Source of the DNA: Eledone cirrhosa
Lineage: Eukaryota
Length of the DNA stretch: 64,000 bases
Assembly: GCA_964016885.1 (NCBI GenBank)
Contig: OZ024742.1
Location: 137,888,001-137,952,000, forward strand
Direction of reading: 5' to 3'
Shown: positions 1 to 16,509 of the stretch, one piece after another
How positions within the stretch are numbered: position 1 is the stretch's first letter
Layout: every line of letters begins with the position of its first letter
Translations under genes and position numbers: made by a program
The notes under the pieces: model-generated
What the model saw: the letters and a program-made list of their open reading frames with translations, nothing else
Databases searched by the model: none
What the model was told of the DNA's origin: nothing

Positions 1-567
1 GACGGAGACCGGTGCAATGAGGAAGAGGTCGGTTAGGCCTCGCTATTTGACAATTCAAGTCATCGACATGCAGTGTATGTATGTATGGCTGGAGCATCTT
101 TGATCAGATCAATTCTGTCTAAGATAATTGTTTCTACTTTAGGCACAAGGCCAGCAATTAACCACAGTGCATTACTGGTACGTCTATGATAATGCTGGGT
201 TTTAAGGGATTACAGTAATTACTGCCTCTTTAAGATAATAGCATTGATTTGGCTGATATTTCTAATATGCTAAGCGACAATATAGAAGATCTATTCTTAT
301 ATATGCAAATATATATGTATATATCTATTTTGGTATGTTTGAATGAATGCATGTATGTATGTATACATGTATGTATGTATGTAGCTGATGTATATAAATT
401 AGTATGTTTATAATTTAGTAATAGTTTGTAAATGTAGACACTGGAATGTTTTGAGTTTGCACCTGTGCGTAATCTCTTGTTCCGATTTGATTCTGGTTTC
501 GATTTGCATGCGTATATTACCGCGCATGCACTAATAAAAGTAACTACATAACGGTATTTTAGAAACA

Positions 568-753
568 AGGGCGGTGGATTGGCAGTATCGGTAGAGGGTC
601 GGACGCCATGCTTTCAAGCATAGTTACGTCCCTTTACGATCTGAGTTCAAATCCCGCCGAGGTTGACTTTGCCTTTCATCCTTACGGGGTCGATAAAATA
701 AAGTACCAGTAATGCACTGGGTAATTGCTGGCCTTGTGCCTAAAGTAGAAACA
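568..753 (+). mobile_element. tRNA-derived SINE, family A (Meta-domain-like core), full length with TSD
   Basis: A-box-like GGATTGGCAGTATCGG, B-box GAGTTCAAATCCC, core GACTTTGCCTTTCATCCTTACGGGGTCGATAAAATAAAGTACCAG; 15-bp target-site duplication GGTATTTTAGAAACA at 553-567 and 754-768. Confidence 0.85.
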
Positions 754-1814
754 GGTATTTTAGAAACATATATCGTATAATTTGTACGAGCATTCAGTCG
801 CTAGATTAAATGATTCAGGGAAATACGTGAACGAGGTTGAGTAATCCACAACAGTCTCAGCAGGACACAGTGTGGCAAGGATAGTCCTTTGAATTACAGG
901 TAGAAACTATTAGGTAGGTGTCATGCGACCTATACAACTTCCCCGCGCAAAGGTTAAGTAGAAATTACGATATTATAAAAGCTAATTATCGAAAATGAAG
1001 CACATTTCGATTGTAGCAGGAAACTTTTGATTGCGAAGCGAATATATTAGACAACTGTTTATATATATCTTTCTATATATAAAACGGAAGATGCCTGTCT
1101 GTGTGTGTGTATGATTTTTATGCATTTCTACATTTCTCTACCGATTTTGATGATTTGTTTCCAATGTGCTCCAAATTTATCAAGGATGGACAACGCCTAA
1201 TAAACATTGCCAAGAATTCTCTGCTTCTATGAAAAAAAATCGATAAAACTATATACACGCTGTAACCCTCTCTCTTACACGCTTAATTCCTCTCACTACT
1301 ACCCTAAAAAATCTATGAAACTACATACATGTTGCAACTCTCTCTCTATATATATATATATCACACACACACAAACACATATATATATAAAGACAGAGAG
1401 AGAGAGAAAGAGAGAGAGAGGGTATGAGAAAAAAGGGAGAAGGGTTGAGAAAGAAAGAAAGTTTAAGCAAAGAATCGCTGCTTTCAACATTAACGGGATC
1501 GTCTTAAACTAAAAAATTCAATCCGTGAACGCAGAATTAAATATTTCGAGAAACGTTGCAACCGAAGGAAAACAGGAAGACGATATTTTGGTTCGTGAAG
1601 ACGTTCCGTGGTAATGAACGGAAAAAAAGCGAGGATAATAAGTCGTTATGTGGACCGCGAAGAACAATTTCATGCAAAGACGAGACCAAGTTTATGGTGT
1701 AGATGGAGTCATTAGACTAATATTCTATTTAAAATAACCGAATGATTTCCAGTCCCGGAGTTTAAGAATGGTGTAAATAAAATTGTAAACGAAAATGACA
1801 GAGGTAATTAAAAT

Positions 1815-1925
1815 AGTTCTTTCTACTTTTGGCACAAGGCTAGCAATTATCCAGTACATTACTGGTACTTATTTTATCAACCCCGTAAGGATGAAAGGCA
1901 AAGTTAACCTCGACGGGATTTTAAC
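1815..1925 (-). mobile_element. SINE family A fragment nested in the Helitron
   Basis: Reverse complement of the core and tail of the 568-753 SINE. Confidence 0.75.
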
Positions 1926-2397
1926 TTTGCCTTAAAATAGTAAAAGTAAATAGTGAAGATTTAGACCAGTACATACGTATGCGCCGACGGACATATACAT
2001 ACATATACATACGCATACACACATACATACACACACACTCGCGCGCTCGTGTGTGTGTAAACCTCATGCATTTCTACAGTATTTTCACCAAACTTAAGAC
2101 ATAGGTTACTTATGTATTCCGGATGGTCATAGCAACTTTCATTTTTCCAGATATTGATTACAGGGCCTCCCGGCAGATAACCCCCTTTAACCACTTCCTT
2201 GAAGTCGACTGTAGCACTGCAGTGCAATGCAACAAAACATCATAACTTCTGGAGTTCGCAACCGATTTTCACAAAACTTGACACATGGGCTATGTTTGTT
2301 ATACCGTTGAATGTGAAAGGAACTTAACATTGTAACTTTAACACAGCTACTGAGCAGCCCCGAGCAACGCCGGGCTATAGGCCCGCTATAGGCGATG

Positions 2398-2582
2398 CTA
2401 TAGGCGATAAAGTTGTGCAGACATACAGTCGTGCAAAGAGGTGATATAGGCGATAAAGTTGTGCAGACAGATAGTCGGGCTGATAGACGATAGATGCATG
2501 CAGACAGATAGTCGTGCAGAGAAGTGATATAGGAGATAAAGTTGTGCAGACAGACAGTCGTGCAGAGAGGTGATAGGCGATG
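2398..2582 (+). repeat. Minisatellite of ~45-bp units inside the Helitron
   Basis: Repeated ATAGGCGATAAAGTTGTGCAGACAGATAGTCGTGCAGAGAGGTG, about 3.5 diverged copies. Confidence 0.8.
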
Positions 2583-2951
2583 AAATTGCATTTTTGTTTT
2601 TGTTTTTCATGTCCATCCAATTTCTTTGTTTCAAAATAACTGATAGTTTGGTTACGCTGATGTTTTTTTTCTGAGACAAGTGTTGCAGTGTTTACATTTT
2701 CGATTTTTGTTAATAGATTACCAGTGCAGTTTTTATCTCCAGCATCCTATTTTGTTTTAACATTCGAGTTATGGTTATGTTTTCTTAACTTCATAATGTA
2801 TACTGTTGGTTGAGGGAATATTAATCACAAGTATCACATGAAAGTCTACACTGTAGACTCTACAGTTTTTAAGCCAAGAAAAACTTAACATTGTAACTTT
2901 AACACAGCTACTGAGCAGCCCCGAGCTACGCCGGGCTTTACTGCTAGTATA

Positions 2952-5710
<2,759 letters not shown>

Positions 5711-5781
5711 ATATATATATAAGTGTGTGTGTATTCGTGAGTGATAATAATATAATGTTATGATATTAATATGGTATTATA

Positions 5782-5970
5782 AGGGGGTGGATTGGCAGTA
5801 TCGGTAGTGGGTCGGACGCCGTTCTTTGCAACAAAGAGTTACGACCCTTGCCATTCTGAATTCAAATCCAGCCGAGGTTAACTTTGCCTTTCATCCTTAC
5901 GGGTATATAAAATAAAGTACCAGTAATGTACTGGGGAAATTGCTGACCTTGTGCCAAAAGTAGAAACAAT
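5782..5970 (+). mobile_element. SINE family A
   Basis: Same head, core and tail as 568-753. Confidence 0.85.
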
Positions 5971-6054
5971 TATAGTATTATTATAAATTCACTCACGAAT
6001 ACATACACACACACACATATATATATATATATGTATATATATATATGTGTGTGT

Positions 6055-6105
<51 letters not shown>

Positions 6106-8309
6106 TCGTGAGTGAATTTATAATAATACTATAATAATTGTTTCTACTTTTGGCACAAGGTCAGCAATTACCCCAGTACATGGTCAGCAAATATATATAT
6201 ATATATGTGTAAGTGTGGGTAGGAGAGTGTGTGTACGCCTGCATGCATGTATATATCTATGTATGTATTTATGTATGTGTATATGTGTGTGCATATTTTT
6301 ATGTGTGCATTGTTGATTCCTGCAGGCGTACCTATAAAAGAATCATTTCCAATTCTAAAGCAATTTGACACGATGTTCTCCACTATGCTATTGCTAATAC
6401 ATCCATTGTGAAAGCTTCTCATATGAAAGACAAACATATTTCAAATATTTACGTACATATTCTCCAGGACATAGGCAAATGTAGCTAATTTTCAACTCTG
6501 CTGAATATTTTTCTCGCAAGTATTGGTTTCAAACACCCAACGCAAAGAAAAGAATAGAGTAAATATATATATGACAATAAAATCCCAACTGAATCATTCC
6601 AAGGCGACGACATGTACATGGTGGTGTAGATCAATGTAAAAAGTAAATGTATCACAGAATTGATTTATGTTTATAAGTAAGCGCTAATTTACCTACTAGT
6701 TGTAAAAATCTCTATTCCTTCTTCAGCATAATAGCATCTCATATTCTATTATGTTTTCCCTTTTATTTCCTCCTTTCTGTTTCTTCCTCTTGATCTGTTT
6801 TTCCCATATTTGCTTTGAATAATGTATGCCTATTTACTTAAGATGTATAAGCCTACTAACAATTAATCGTCTATTCCCCATACACATTGTGGGTATATAA
6901 CGTTTCCATATATGAAGTGAAAATATTCTTTCGTGGATATTATCTCAAGCTTCAATACTATATAAACTCTTAAGCATATGATGTATCCAAATTTGTTTAT
7001 GTGTTTAGTAAACATATATTTTTGGAAAATATGCCATTCGTTCTAGTTTAGATTCAAAATACATAATTATCATTGGTTTAATGTACAAAATCCACCAGGA
7101 CGTTAAAACCCACATTATCTCAAGTGGATGCATATAGTTGGCTGTAAGTTCTGGTTACTACACACAATTAATTGAAGGTTCATAACATCAATGATAGGTT
7201 ATAATTGTATAGGTCACGATGTACCTCGTAATCTATACTTATTCAACGGTAAAAAAAAAAAAATTATAAACACAGTTTTAAAGTTGGTAAAATGTTATCA
7301 CACAACTATATATATATATATATATATATTCATGGAAGTAAACATACGGAAAAGTACAATGAAAATATCTGGTCACCACAGGAAACAAATTCATGTGAGT
7401 AATCAACTCTTCATTCATTTGTAAAATATTTGCTCTTACTAGCTAACTTGCCAGTACTTGTTTTACTTTGTCAGATTCATAATACAAAAAATAGACAAAT
7501 ATAGAATATTCTATAAAGAAAATGAGAGCTTCAGTTAAAAATACAAAATGAAATATAAAGCAAAATACAATTATAAAAGAAACACAATAGCAAAACATTC
7601 AATTTGAAGAATACCGGCGAAATAACAACAGAAGGAACGGGTAACCATTAAAGAATACAATAACCCTCATCTATTACTAATGTTTCTCTTGTTCCGTTTC
7701 AAACGCTTCCATCTGCAATGGATAAAACGTAGCTCTAATTGATGTTCTCGCAGCATGATATAAATCAAGATACTGAAAGAAGCCAATTAGCAAGCTATCC
7801 ATGGTATATTCACCTTGTCCCCTTATTTTCTAGCTTCAGCGATCTAAAATAAGTTAGGGTTTCTAAAGTAAACATTCTTCTTGTGTATAGTGGGTAAATA
7901 GGTGCATTCCCTTAACGGAAATAAAGAACAGAAAGTTGTAAGATTATTACAGCTTAAACTTTTTCCCTTCAGGTATAATACCCCTATTTACCATTAGAGT
8001 GCTGTCGGAATCATGTGATTTCAACATTTAAATGATATTTGCTGAGAAAGATTTCTGAAATACGACTGAATAATGTTCTTTTTGTTGTGGTTTTTTAATT
8101 TAATTTAACGATCAGGCTTAGCTAATATGAAACATGATATTTCTATTTTGAAAACATTTATTATGTAGGCCAATTAGACAGCATAAGCATTGCCTATGAA
8201 ACGTTTTTGATATAAAGCTAAATCAATCTTCATCGCCAACTTTATTTCCTTGTTTTCTCATTGTGCAACATAATTTGACTTCAATTTTAGAATAATTATT
8301 CACATATAG

Positions 8310-8612
8310 GCAGAGGCGTAAGTAGGGAAATAGCGCCTATAGCAAGCAAAGAAATTGTGCCACTGCCCAAGCACTTCTTGCAAAATTGCTTTTCCAGTCT
8401 CTTTTCAAACTTCAGTTCAATCACTTCTGCTATGACTGTTAGGGGCTCTTAGATACCACCCAGTTTACTAGATCCTGTTTCATCGAGTAAAATCAAGTAA
8501 TAAAATATCTTCACTCTCCGATGATAGCTTATCGGACTTCAATAGAAAGTACTCCTAGTGCAAGTGGCACCCATGACACGTCCCATGCTTGCTATACCCT
8601 AAATTCGCATCA
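8310..8612. mobile_element. Possible old MITE / non-autonomous DNA transposon
   Basis: Degenerate terminal inverted repeats CAGAGGCGTAAGTAGGG ... CCCTAAATTCGCATCAG. Confidence 0.35.
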
Positions 8613-9052
8613 GCTTAATATTTATTTCTGCAAAATATTTAATTGTATATATATATATATATACTAGGATCGGAATTAAGAGTATTCCGCAGTTCACAGT
8701 AATAATAATAATATTAGCTCAAAGAAGAATAGAGAATTTTCTTCTGAGCTCATATACAAATATATTACACAAATCGAAGTGTGTTACACAGTGAGATGTG
8801 TGTAAAGAATTATTACAAGTGATTTTTACCGTTACTGTATAGAAAACAATATCTAAAGGTTTAGCAATTAAATAGAAAAAAACCTAAGTCAGAATCAAAT
8901 CTCTGAAGTAGCGTTTTAAATTACTAACCTTATAACTATAAGTTTGCTGATACGAATTAACTTCGTTTCCCCACAGAAATGTGCAGTTTAACAGCCACAG
9001 GATCATCAGTCAGCAAATGTGGATTCAGTCAGCAAATGTGGATTCATCCACA

Positions 9053-9127
9053 TTTGCTGACTGATGAACCTGTGGCTGTTAAACTGCACATTTCTGTGGG
9101 GAAACGAAGTTAATTCGTATCAGCAAA
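9053..9127 (+). ncRNA. Type I hammerhead ribozyme (mirror copy 8943-9017 on minus strand)
   Basis: Stem I TTTGCTGA/TCAGCAAA, core CTGATGA 9061-9067, GAAA 9101-9104, stem III ACGAA/TTCGT, cleavage triplet GTA 9117-9119; stem II is wobble-rich. Confidence 0.75.
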
Positions 9128-9222
9128 CTTATAGTTATAAGGTTAGTAATTTAAAACTCTACTTCAGGGATTTTATTCTGCCTTAGGTTTTTTTCTATTT
9201 AATTGCTAAACCTGTAGATATT

Positions 9223-9298
9223 TGTTTTTTACCCAGTGCATTACTGGTACTTTATTTTATCGACCCCGTAAGGATGAAAGGCAAAGTCAACCTCGGCG
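9223..9298 (-). mobile_element. 5'-truncated SINE family A inserted in the palindromic element
   Basis: SINE core flanked by duplicated GCTAAACCTGTAGATATT (9205-9222 / 9299-9316); absent from the mirror arm. Confidence 0.75.
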
Positions 9299-9413
9299 GC
9301 TAAACCTGTAGATATTGTTTTCTATACAGTAACGGTAAAAATCACTTGTAATAATTCTTTACACACATCTCACTGTGTAACACACTTCTATTTGTGTAAT
9401 ATATTTATATATA

Positions 9414-10112
<699 letters not shown>

Positions 10113-10120
10113 TATACATA

Positions 10121-10169
<49 letters not shown>

Positions 10170-10171
<2 letters not shown>

Positions 10172-10361
10172 CGAAGGAAATGTGGTAAGGAACCAGGTGG
10201 ACCATAACGCACCAAAGTACTCAATACTTAGGGTAGTAAAGTGGGTAATAGGAACAAATAAGACCCCGACGGCTGAGCTCAAGCCGTTTCGACGGCTAAT
10301 TCTGGACATAATTAGCCGTCGAAACGGCTTGAGCTCAGCCGTCGGGGTCTTACTTGTTCCT
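10170..10361 (-). mobile_element. Short non-autonomous element (family H) carrying the 3' half of an HHR, with fold-back
   Basis: GAAAC-GGCTTGAGCTCAGCC-GTC-GGGGTC; 51-bp inverted arms 10250-10300/10311-10361; other copies at 14838-15012, 19472-19605, 24231-24335, 32288-32415, 46929-46970. Confidence 0.65.
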
Positions 10362-10377
10362 ATATATATATATATAT

Positions 10378-10550
10378 ATCGGTAGAGTGTCAGACACCAT
10401 GTTTTCCTGTAAAGAGATATATATGTCCCCTTCCGGTCTGAGTTCAAATCCCGCTGAGGTTAACTTTGCCTTTCACCCTTACGGGATCGATAAAATAAAA
10501 TACTAGTAATGCACTGGGATAATTGCTGGTCTAGTGCCAATTGTAGAAAA
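10378..10550 (+). mobile_element. SINE family A (5'-truncated)
   Basis: B-box GAGTTCAAATCCC plus core and tail as at 568-753. Confidence 0.8.
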
Positions 10551-11884
10551 ATGTATATATATATACACATCCACGTGTGATAGAGTGTTTAAATAAGTCG
10601 TACTTTGTAAACAACTGAAGAGTATAAAAAAACCGCGTGAATAAATCACAGTACTTCTCGACAATCAACTCACTCTAGATAATCCTCTAACTATATGAAT
10701 AGAATGATGTGGTATACGATATTGCAGTAAGCAGTAGAAACACTGGATATTTGACGAACGGTTAAACGGCTTTTATTGAAGACACCAATAGTTAAATCTG
10801 ATAGACAATTTTGCAGAAGATGATTTGAAATAATATATTTAATACAGCGAAGAGATGCGGCATAGTTCACTGAAGAAGAACAGAAATTTCTATGAGTTAA
10901 GCAACTTTGGACTAAAGGGAATGGACTCTACAATAAAACAGATGGATGTTGATCTGGGGAATAACGTAGGGAAAACTATATTAAATGTATTGAAATTTAT
11001 GCAAATTACTATTAGAAATTGTGTGAAAATATGTATATATGGCTGTTATATGTATGAATTTGCGTTGGAATTCGTGTGCGTGTGTGAGGTTTATTTGTGT
11101 ATATGTGAATATTTTTATAACCATCAACATTTAGTTGGATGCAATCGTAAAGATGGAATCTAATTTCTGTTTCTCGGCATATTTAAAGGAGAATCATTAC
11201 GAATATGTGAGCGTGGTTATCCGTGTATGCGAGTGTGTGTCTCTGTGCACGTGTGCTTGTATATTCAAGAATATGGGTTGACACATTCTTTCAATCGTGT
11301 GCACGTAGATATAGATTATGATATACACAAATGCAAACACGTAGATACATTTATTTACACACGCGCGCACACACACACGCGCGCACACACACATAAGATC
11401 CCTTTAAGGCTGAAAGCAGCGATTCTTTGCTTAAACTTTAATCTGTTATTTTAATAAATATATATATATATAGATAGCTATATATATACATTCATAAACT
11501 GATATATGTGTATGTATCCGTGCGTATGTAGCTATGTACATGGCCGTCCCTTGCTGTACGTGTAATTATGACGTCGATGTACATATAGAATCTGAATATG
11601 TGGGTTTCATGTATCTGTGAGTGTATTAATTGCGTGTGAGCATCTGTGTGAGAAAGAATCTGTGACTTCACGCGTCTTTTGTAAGTTACTCATGGAATAA
11701 TTCATTTACCATTACTAATATAATTATCCAAAATGTTTTATTTAGTTTATAATAAGATGTCTTTTTACTATTTCATTTTATTTTATAATTTTAATGATGT
11801 ATTTTTGATTTCAGTTCGATTTACTTTCTGTAGTTTCTTATTTTGCTTAACTTAATATATTTATGTCTTGGAAGCAGACATAAG

Positions 11885-11938
<54 letters not shown>

Positions 11939-12278
11939 CCTCCCTCTCTCCCCTCCCTCTCTCTCTCCCTCTCTCTGTTTGCCTCACTATTTCTATATGT
12001 ATATAAGATTTCATTAGACAGGTGCTTGTTTTTGTTTGTTATCAGAGTATGAGTTTTGCGTGTAATATATATGTTTAACTCAATCTTTCAGGTATGAAAG
12101 TGGGTTGCACAGTACTTATGCTTACAATCTCTCGTATCTCATTGACTCAGATTAATCAATGGTTAATAGTTCCATTAAATATAGCTCAGTGGGGATGGCG
12201 AGTACAGGACAAAGACAACGGAATAAACAACAGAGAAACAGATAGACCATACTCTCAGGAGATCACTACAGTTTTGGT

Positions 12279-12338
<60 letters not shown>

Positions 12339-13310
12339 ATATATATATATATATATATATATGTGTGTATATTAATTCGTATATGTGTTGGTGAATTACC
12401 AACATGTCAGTATCAAGAGTAGACCACTCAACGAAATGCATAGGTGGGTCTCTTTACTCTGGAATAATTTAAAAGCAAGAAGTATAAGTTAACAAATTAA
12501 AATTAACTGCGTTTATTCATATTCGCTGTTATATATATATTTCGGTGATAACCATCATGCAACAGCTATGACCTCATGAGGCAGCTATAATTTGAACAGA
12601 AAAAAAAACGACGGCAAAACATAACGATGGAATAAAGTTTACTTCTGTTATTTAGATTTTTAATATGCTCATTGCTGAAGTTTGGTGTTTTCTCAAAGCA
12701 CTGGTCGCATATCCAGTGCTTTGAGAAAACACCACAGAGACCGACACACGCACTCACACACACTCATACACATACACACATACACACATGCATACGCATA
12801 CACACATATACACACAAGCACGAACACGCACGCACACACACACACACACAAACACAAAGACACACACATATATATTCTTGCACAAACATACATAAACACA
12901 TGCGCTTTAGCACAACCACTTATGTACTTATGTATAATATACTATTTCTTTGTTTATGTTTTTCAGAGACACATAGGATATGATTACACGAAACAAACTA
13001 AAAATCCCATCTGAATATTACATTACGGGAATGCATCTCTCTTGATGATGTAGCTCCATCTGTGTATTTTTGAATGATGAAGCGGGTGTAACTGATTGTT
13101 CACCGCGGCTGTTCTCACCCTTTTTTTTCCGCGGGATGCAGCTGAGAAGCACCTTTAGTTCATTTGTGGAGAAGCCACTCCTTTATTCTCAAACTTTCCC
13201 TTGTTTATTTATATTCTTTCCAAACTTTATTGTTTTGTTAATTTTGCGTTCTTGTCATATATATATATATATGTGTGTGTGCGTGTGTGCGTGTGTGCAT
13301 GTGTGTATGT

Positions 13311-13347
<37 letters not shown>

Positions 13348-14837
13348 TGTATTCATTTTTGTATAATTCTGTTCTCTAATAATATATCGTACATTAGATA
13401 AATATCAGAAGTACTTTTCTCACTAAAGTAATTGAAGTCACTTCTGTAAAGCCGGGAATCAGAAACGCATGTGAGATGCATGCTGTTGCCTTTGCTATAA
13501 GCATAGTCATCTGAGATAGGAATATATCAGTTCACCTGTGATTTAAGAGTATTGGATATAATTCCTCACTGTGACAATTACACTAAACTGTTCTTCCATC
13601 TCTCAGATTATTACCCGCTACTTTCTAAGACTTGTCCACAAGATCTTACTCTATATGTAAAATTATCTATTTCCCGAAGCTCAAACCGATTTCCGATTGA
13701 AACATTTTTCTCAACATTGATTTTGTCGACTTCTTTACACATCTTATTTCGACTCAGTAATACTTTTACTACTTCATATAGCCAACTAACTGAAGAATTT
13801 CGGTCTTTGATAGCAGAGAATAGATATCCATTCATACTGAAAAACACACAATGGAAGTCCTAATTCTGTGCTCCTCGTAATCTCAGAAAATTAATATTTC
13901 TGTAACTTTATCACCAGTTTAGCTCGCCAAGTGTTGAAATAAATAGCACGACATCCACAAACATCTCGTCATTTTCAGTTCATAGGAAATACACGGTGCG
14001 TAATTACTCCCACATTTACAACATATTTTGTATAATGCTTGGCGGCTATTTCTTGTATATTATCAACTACACAGGAACCCCCGTCACTCAGAATTAGTTT
14101 GCTGTTTTTATCTGTGACTTCTAAAATCTGGAAAAAAAAAAGCACGTTGTTCTTTAACATAAAACAAGGTCTAGTCTGAGTGACGTCGGAACAATTTTAG
14201 GATAAAAAATTCATGCAGAACTTTCTGGGTAGTGTGAACATATTGGTGAAAATGGTGAGACGAAACGTTAACGATATTAAACGTTACAATAGCAAGGAGG
14301 GCAGAAGAGGTGATGGTTAAACAGTTATATCAAAATAAAGTGTTTTACCATGATTCTATTTTCATTTTTATAGAAAAATAATACCAAAATCTACAGTACA
14401 AAAGCGAATAAGAACATATTTGAAAAAGGCAAATCAAAGAGAAAACAATGACAAATAACTAAAAATGAAAATGTAAATACGTGAAATCTAAATAAAAATG
14501 AAACTCTTATATTTGGAAAAATATGTTTTATGATCTACATTTTTCTCTATTTCTTTCTTTTCTGTGTTTGATATATCTCAACTCCGCTTTTTCATTTAAA
14601 CGATCCTATTTTCTCACTCACATATTCACATTTCCACTCACGCTTTTTTGAAATATATATTTGGCCTTTATGCCCTTCATCATTCATTGCACTTCTCCTG
14701 TTCCTATCAGTTACGTTCTGTAATATTAATTAAAACTATGTTGTCTATTGTCCTAATGGACCAATGTATGCTCCCACTAACGTGCCTGTTTATGTCATAC
14801 TTCAATTTCACGTACATCTATATAAATATATAGATAA

Positions 14838-15012
14838 GAAAGAGGGTGTGGTAAGATACCAAGTGGATCATAACGCACCAGAGTATTCAATAGTTTGGGT
14901 AGTAGAGTCATGACCCCGACCGCTGAGCTCCGGCCGTTTCGACAAGCTAGATCCGAACCAGGTTCGGATCTAACTGTCGAAACCGCCGAAGCTCGGCAGC
15001 CTGGGTCCTGAC
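14838..15012 (-). mobile_element. Family H element with fold-back hairpin
   Basis: Homologous to 10170-10361; hairpin apex AGATCCGAACC-A-GGTTCGGATCT. Confidence 0.65.
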
Positions 15013-15084
15013 ACTTTTGATATATATATATAAATGGTATGATGCATCTAAAATGCTCAAAGGAAAGTAGAGATTTATATATGA

Positions 15085-15463
15085 CTAGCAGATTTACCAG
15101 GCGTTGCCCGGGTTTGAAATGCAACAAGGAATAAACAAGAAACAAACGATAATATTAGTGATTTATCTTCAAATGAATCTGATTTTTATATTTCTGTCAA
15201 TAAAGTTGGTTATCGCCTTTTTATAAGGATTGTTAATAAAGTTGGTTATCTCCTTACATCACTTTTGCTACCGATCATTTTGATATCGATTTTTTATTGC
15301 TCAACCTGGGTCGATTTGAAAAATGTTTGTGATGTGACAATATTAGTGACCTGTGCAACGTGCACAGAAAATTTGGTCAAATTCAGTTGGTAATTGTAAA
15401 AGCCTTAAGTATGCAAACTTGTACACAGACACACACACATCCTTGCTTTTATATATATAAAGA
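15085..15463 (-). mobile_element. Non-autonomous Helitron
   Basis: Minus strand reads A|TCTTTATATATATAAAAG ... CCCGGGCAACGCCTGG ... CTAG|T; AT target, no TSD. Confidence 0.75.
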
Positions 15464-16509
15464 TGGTATAAAATTGCAGGTCTTTTTTTTTAATACGCAC
15501 GATGTGTTTATACATTATATAAGTTTGAAGAGAAAGCAGGTTTCAGCGAGAAAGATTTGGAGACGTATATATATCTATAGAGAGAGAGAGTAGAAATTTC
15601 TGGGTAGTGTGAACATATTGGTGGAAATGGTGAGACGAAACGTTAACGATATTAAACGTTACAATAGCAAGGATGGCAGAAGCGGTGATGGTTAAACAGT
15701 TATATCAAAATAAAGTGTTTTACCATGATTCTATTTTCATCTTTATAGAAAAATAATACCAAAATCTAAAGTACAAAAACGTCGTCGTAAAAACCCCTTT
15801 GGATTATCTCCCTTTCCCTTCTCCCTCTCACTTCCGGTTGCTCGTGTCTCTCTCTAACTCTCTCTCGTCTACGAGATAGTCAACACGATTAATACCGTCT
15901 TCGAGTCGGAGCCCACCACCAGGCTTAAGTCTATCAGGTTGGCTACAACTACTTTTCCTATTTTTTCACGGTTACTCATTTGCATGTTTCAGTGCACCTT
16001 TTTTCGTCCTGTTATTCCTCCTTTTTTTCTCCCTTTTCCCCCCTTCTCTCTTTCTTCCTCTCTCCGCACCTTTCCCCACCCCTCTGTTCTTCTACCTCTT
16101 TTCCCTCTTTTGCTTCCCTTTTTTCACCTTTTTCTCTATCCTTTCTCTCTTCTTCTCCTCCTGGCCTTTTAATTAATAAATGGCTTTGGGTGCTCCCGAT
16201 CGCTACAGATGTCCTGCACCTAAACATCTAGATCGCTGATTTTTTCAGCTGACGAAGGATTCTTTCTTCTTTCTTCTTTTCTCCTATTGTTCCGTCCTAA
16301 CCATCATCCTAAACCTTGTTTTAGTAACCACACAGCTCCTTTCGTTTCGTATCATCTTACACACACACACATATATATATATATGTATATGTATATATAT
16401 ATATGTGTGTGTATATATATACGGTTTTCATATATTTGATATATATTTATCCTTATCGAGCCCTTTTGGGATTTTAGTCTTTAAATTTATTATTACTATA
16501 TATAAGGCA

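Larger units (their letters stand above)
1068..2947 (+). mobile_element. Non-autonomous Helitron (composite, two 3' ends)
   Basis: Starts A|TCTTTCTATATATAAAAC; ends with hairpin CCCGAGCTACGCCGGG and CTAG|T at 2944-2947; a second copy of the 3' terminal segment lies at ~2322-2400. Confidence 0.7.
8755..9400. mobile_element. Non-coding palindromic PLE-derived element with hammerhead ribozyme
   Basis: ~290-bp inverted arms meeting at ATGTGGAT-TC-ATCCACAT (~9045); an HHR on each arm; ends in (TA)n. Confidence 0.75.

Noticed and set aside
568-660. tRNA genes at SINE heads
   Set aside because: A/B boxes are present but there is no cloverleaf, and they continue into SINE cores
2398-2582. CRISPR-like array
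   Set aside because: Contiguous minisatellite with no unique spacers in eukaryotic transposon DNA; no cas genes
12093-12170. Possible plus-strand exon after TCTTTCAG
   Set aside because: Short, no recognisable protein and no partner exons
13400-14130. Possible minus-strand exon or pseudogene after a TTTTTTTTCCAG acceptor
   Set aside because: Stops in all frames and no recognisable domain; cannot be supported without a homology search
16245-16340. CTGACGA-AGGAT...ATCCT-AAAC as a hammerhead
   Set aside because: GAAA is incomplete and I could not form stem I or III convincingly
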